Shown one piece after another: positions 59,218-64,000 of a stretch of 64,000 nt of DNA. The notes under the pieces are model-generated. The model was not told the origin of the DNA and searched no databases. It saw only the letters and a list, made by a program, of their open reading frames with translations. The DNA is taken from NCBI GenBank assembly GCA_905178155.1, contig CAJINV010000003.1, positions 7,546,198 to 7,610,197 on the forward strand. The letters run 5' to 3'. The translations under genes were made by a program, and so were the position numbers. Positions within the stretch are counted from its first letter, which is position 1. The number at the start of each line of letters is the position of its first letter. Source of the stretch: Amoebophrya sp. A120. Taxonomy: Eukaryota > Protista > Dinoflagellata.

Positions 59218-60060
59218 CGCCAGGTGCCTCCTACGGACAGGGGTGCAGTAAAGTGCCGGTCTGCAGCTTTAGCAAAAGCGAAAGGTTTCTCGATTCAGGT
59301 AGCGATTGTCATGGAAATCTTGCTTGGTCTTCTCGAAAGTCTGCCGGGCGCGGCTGCCGTCGTACTCAACTTTCTCTGGTGGGGGCGCCTCCTGCTCAGC
59401 TTGATCGTGGATCGCACGCGCGATGGCGAGCTTCCGCTGCCACTCGCCGAACATTATCCCAGCGGCACACAAAATTTTGCAAAGTGGAGGGAATTTCAAG
59501 TGCGCAAACGCGGCGGCCGCAGAAGCGTACTTAACTGATTCCAGGAAATGAAGGTGCTACGCAGAAGCTGCTTTGACTTCTCATCGCGCGCGCGAACAAA
59601 ATTGATTTTCAATGACTATGCATCTGCTGGGCTTTCTGCATTATTGATTTGCCCCTGCTTGTTTTTCGCGCATCGAAACAAATCAACCATTCACGTCGTG
59701 TGCAATTCACACTCAGCTCGCTGCACCGGTTCTGCTGCAGATTGTTTGATACAACAGATTTCGCGCACGAAAAAAATACGCCCTTCCACTTTGAAAAACT
59801 CCGTCTGTTCGCCGACATACATTCGCCACCGAGCCGCTTGAAGGAACAGCTGTGGTCCAATTGCGTCAAGCTTTCCTCGTTTAAATTCGACTTCAGATTG
59901 GACTGATTATGGAACGGTCACCAGCTGTGACACTCTCTAGAAAGACCTTGAAATCAACCTTTCTCGCGACGCGCAAGAAAGAGCACATCGTGTGTGGTGG
60001 AAATGCGGTTGATGCAGCGGATGAAAATGTGTTTGTATGCGGTACAGCACTTGTCAATGC

Positions 60061-63000
60061 TTAACATGCAAATGGTACTACAACTCCTGAAAACAATGTG
60101 GATGCAGCTTGTTTTTTGTTACACTTCCTAAATTTATCACAGATTAGCGGGCCATATTGAATCCAGCGAATTTCTGCTTCGCACTGCTTTCTTCGACGTC
60201 TTTCCCGGGCGTACTCCTTCTTCAAAGCTTCGATTTTTGCCTCCATGGTATGTGTCTTACCCTCATCAAAGTCAACAGCAACACAGTAGAGTTTCGCAGA
60301 TACTAAACATGGCTTCTATTTCGAAAAACCTAGACTACTTGTTTCGTGATGCTACCGGTCCCACAAGCACAAATAGCGCGGTGGATGAGGTTTGCCTTTG
60401 GTGATGAGGACCGCATGGAAGCGAGGATAAAGATGATATTTGTATTTCCTCAAGGTGGCATATATCACGATTATCCGGATTTGACCAAAAACGACAAAGA
60501 GCCCGTCCGCAGGGGCTTCATCAAGTCAGGAGAAAATCCCCCTTCCCTCTTGCTCATTTATCACCGTCCTGCTTTGCTGCAGGCGCTTTTGCTCGAGGTG
60601 CTGCTCTAGAGCGAAAATTAACGATCAGCGTGGACGAAATTTTCTCGGAACGAAGCTGCAATTGTAAATGACGAATGAACAGTTCAACATCACTTGATTC
60701 GTGACAGATATGTAAAAAAATCCGAAGCCCAGGCAGTTTGATCCCGCCCGTCACCACTTTTTTCTGCTGAGTGTTATCTCAAAAATTCCATAGATGGAGA
60801 GCCTGACAATGGAGACGCCGCGCGGCCGTTTTGCTTTTCGCGGAGGTGCGCCAAAAAAGGCTCTTCCGACGCACTCACAAGCTCGTAATTTCTGCCGTGG
60901 CGCGGAGGCGGCTGGCCCGGGGTACCCCGTGCTAGGTGCTCCAAGGCCTCCTCCTCCCGACGCTCCGTCTCACGCCGAACGCGCAACTTCTGCACGGGAC
61001 ACGTGGCAAACTCGAGTTCCGCCGTTTCCAGGGAATACAGCAGCTTCAGGTCCTGTTCGCGCAGGCCTCCCGGTGACGCAGGCCCCAGCTGCTTCCCGCG
61101 CACGCCGCCGCGCAGCTGTTCGCGCTCCCGCGTGCGAAATTTCCGATCCACATGCTCGAGTCCTCCGCCACGAGGGGAGGTCGGACTGCCCCGGGAACCG
61201 CCCCGCGTGCCCTGCTTGTCGCGACCGCCCGCTTGGCTTGCGCTGCTCGTGGACGCTGTTCCCGCTCGTCCAGCTGTTATAAACAAGTCGCACCGGCCTC
61301 GAAGAAGTTAACTTCACAACAAAAAAGTAACAATGTCGTGTTATAATCTCGGAAACAAAAACTACCTCGAACATAAACAAAAAAAAAAAAGGAATGCCTC
61401 AAGTACACTTGTTTTCAAGCATCCGATTGGCCTCTTGAATCTCAGGTAGCTTCTGGTGTCGGTGGCTTTTTCGCAGCCGGTCCAGCAAATCCCGTAAGCG
61501 TTGGACCTGCAGTTGGAATAAAAGAACGCATGTGATGCTGGTAGTAGTTGGCATAAAAGAACGCACCTCCTTCCAGTAAATGAAACTACTATCATGTCGA
61601 CGATATGCGCAGCGAAGACCAAAAATTTCATATCACCTCCTCTTCCGCGAGGACACGCAGCTTGGTTTCGGTGCTGAGGTTTCGCGTCAGCAGCGCCTTT
61701 GCCTTGTCCAGGGATTGCAGTTTCCTCACAATTTTCTCGACGCGGCGCTGCCGACCCTGTGTGCTGGGATCCCCGGCCGCCGCATCCTTCCGCTGGTCCT
61801 CCGCCACTGCGTTGACGTCTCGACTGATGTCTTCTTCACTGCCGTCACTCTTGCCGCGTCCCCCGGTCCGATCCGCATCGATTCGCTTCTTCAGAGCGTA
61901 GTTGTCCGTTTCGAACTTCTTCGCTTTCTCCTTGAGCTTCTCCTTCTTGCGAAGAACCACGGCAAGCCTCAACTTGTGGGCCGCGACTTCCACTAGTAGC
62001 TGCTTCACGCGGAGCTCGTTCTCGCGCTTCTGCTGTTCCGTGAAAGATACTGCGGTGCCGTAAAAGATGCTCTCCTCCAACAGATCCGCGGCGCCCTCCT
62101 CTAACCCGCCGGTCCGGTAGCCAGCGCCACCGCCGCCGCCCCGCTGCGAGGTCCCGCGCGGTCCGTTCCCTGACGCTAAGTTCTGACCCTGTGTTGTTTT
62201 TTACCCGAGGGAATAAACTGTGTGACTCTACTGGCTAAGTACTCCCACGAGAACGAGGGGGACCGTATGTGTTTTTTAGTTTTGAGGCTTATTAATTGTT
62301 CAGAAAAGTCTTGCGCACAAAACTTGCTCTCGCAGCTACCCCCGAGAACCTGAAGATGTTGAGGCATCGATGTTGAGTACGTCATTTTGGAACGCCGCGC
62401 CGGCGGTCGAAGAAGAGCTTCCACCTGCTGCTCCTGCTGTCCCGTCGCGCGCCTGCGCCGTAGGTGGTGGGGCGGAGTCACCACCCGCAGGCTTTACTTC
62501 CGCCAAAATGCCCTTCATTGCAAGTTCCCAGTGCTCGGAAGTCAGGTGTAGACCTCGAACGCAGGTGCTTATGTCATCTGCGGTACAAAGCCGAAACTGC
62601 AGCAGGCGTATGAACATCGTCGACAGTTCCTCTTTCAGCTTTGCTTCCCGGTCCTGCGACTTCCGGAGCCCGTGCGTGAGGTGTTCGATATTCGTGTTCA
62701 AGGTCTTTACCTCCTTTGCATGCTCCTTCTCCTTTATCAAAGGGAAAAATCCCCCCTCCCCATATCGAAACGAAGTTTCTGATGCTGGATTTGCGTACAC
62801 AAATCAGGTCTGTCTTGCTGGAGAGGACTGCAGGCATATGCTAGCCTGGGTCGAGAGGTTTTGACGTAGGGGACTAGCATGACAGATGTCGGCTCTGTAA
62901 GCCCAACAGCATCACAAACCGCCGGCATAGTGCGGCCTGACTCTCTGGCTCTGCCTTCTTGCAAGACAGACAGGATTTGTGACCTCAAATCTGCATCACA

Positions 63001-63180
63001 AATTTTCAGACGAGTGCGTTTTCAATATGGGGAGGGGAAACTTTTCCTCTCAATATCCTTCTGAGAATCCACACTGCCCGCAAGTGCCGACCCAGCGGCG
63101 TTACTTCTTGTCTTATCCACCCCTGCCGACCCAGCAGACCCAGAAGCCCGCCCGGGCGCAGCTGCGGCTACACTTCGCAT
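60061..63180 (-). CDS. Multi-exon coiled-coil protein, unknown function (3' end uncertain)
   Basis: ATG 63180 frame joins across element 62735-63055 (SVDSQK-EKEHAKEV); further charged helical exons with GT-AG boundaries. Confidence 0.6.
62735..63055. mobile_element. Introner element, family B (321 bp)
   Basis: TSD TCCTT (62730-62734, 63056-63060); TIR and interior homologous to 18607-18929. Confidence 0.92.
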
Positions 63181-63796
63181 ACTCAGTTCTTTCCCTCACG
63201 GGAGGTACAGGCTGTGAATCGCGCACATGCAGGCTTCAACTACAACGTAAGCAAGAGTATACTAAAAAAGTAAAAAAAGAAAAACCAGTGCCGATAGGAA
63301 GGTCCCTTTTCCTTCTACCGCCCATTAGATGAAACCTTATTCATTGACATTGGCAGCATTTTCCTCACTTCTTACCCTCGAAAATCCCGCAAACCAATTA
63401 TACAACCAACAACTCTGTGGCAAGTACTTCCTTTCATCAGGTTGCTTTTACGCTCCACGTCGGCTTTCTCATTGAAAGAATGCGAACAACGACATGTGCA
63501 TGCATAAGTATTTCCACTTGTTGTGCCCTGCACAGTCTTGGTCCGACCCACATATCGAAGTCACCTCACAAAATTCACGACAAATTTCGAATCGAATATG
63601 AAACGACTCAAACAAACGACTGCACGATAGGCGGCTAAAAAGACCGCATGACTATATGAGCGACCGATTATTTCAAGAGACCCTGACGCCCTGAGACCTA
63701 AACCAACGAATCACGACGGCAGCGCGGTTTTCTTGTGTTTAGAATGAGGGGAAAAAAATACGCATAGCGTCGCGATTTCGCTTTGTGGATTTTTTT

Positions 63797-64000
63797 GGGG
63801 GATCCGCCCGCCCCCCGGGGATCCGCCTTCGCCCAGGGGATCCGCCCGTTGCCCGGGGATCCGCCCGCTCCCCGAGGATCCGCCCGCTTCCCGGGGATCC
63901 GCCTTCCCGCAGGGGATCCGCCCGCTCCCCGAGGATCCGCCCGCTCCCCGGGGATCCGCCTTCGCCCAGGGGATCCGCCCGCTGCCCGGGGATCCGCCCG
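63797..64000. repeat. GC-rich ~19-bp minisatellite with GGATCCGCC core, running off the window
   Basis: About 11 consecutive units, e.g. ggggatccgcccgctcccc and ggggatccgccttcgccca. Confidence 0.9.

Noticed and set aside
1-64000. rRNA, tRNA, snRNA or dinoflagellate spliced-leader relics
   Set aside because: None recognised by eye; Infernal or tRNAscan would be needed to exclude them.

Overview
Eukaryotic, intron-containing, gene-dense window. It most resembles a parasitic dinoflagellate such as Amoebophrya (inferred from gene content, single-strand gene orientation and intron style). About 17 protein genes can be supported, all on the minus strand. They include a Mei2-like RRM protein, dihydroorotase, a FAM166-like protein, ATP synthase OSCP, sestrin, RPA1, a giant EF-hand/FN3 protein, a WRN/EXD2-type exonuclease with a dsRBD-like tail, an EGF-domain secreted protein, a glutaminyl cyclase and a RING-H2 ligase. 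The dominant hidden structure is 11 insertions that share one signature: TAT...ATA termini, terminal inverted repeats (TIRs) and a 5-bp target-site duplication (TSD). Nine interrupt exons. Removing the element plus one TSD copy restores the reading frame, and no GT-AG register exists within the TSD, so they behave as non-canonical introner introns. One is a 108-bp mini element upstream of a gene. One is a 6,023-bp foldback carrying a 256-bp satellite inside a canonical RPA1 intron. Introners with inverted and direct repeats are already reported for Amoebophrya. The G bias in the TSDs, the two-orientation use of one family, a shared internal motif and the giant foldback are the points worth testing. 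No transposase was recognised. All coordinates were read by eye and exon boundaries are unverified by RNA data.
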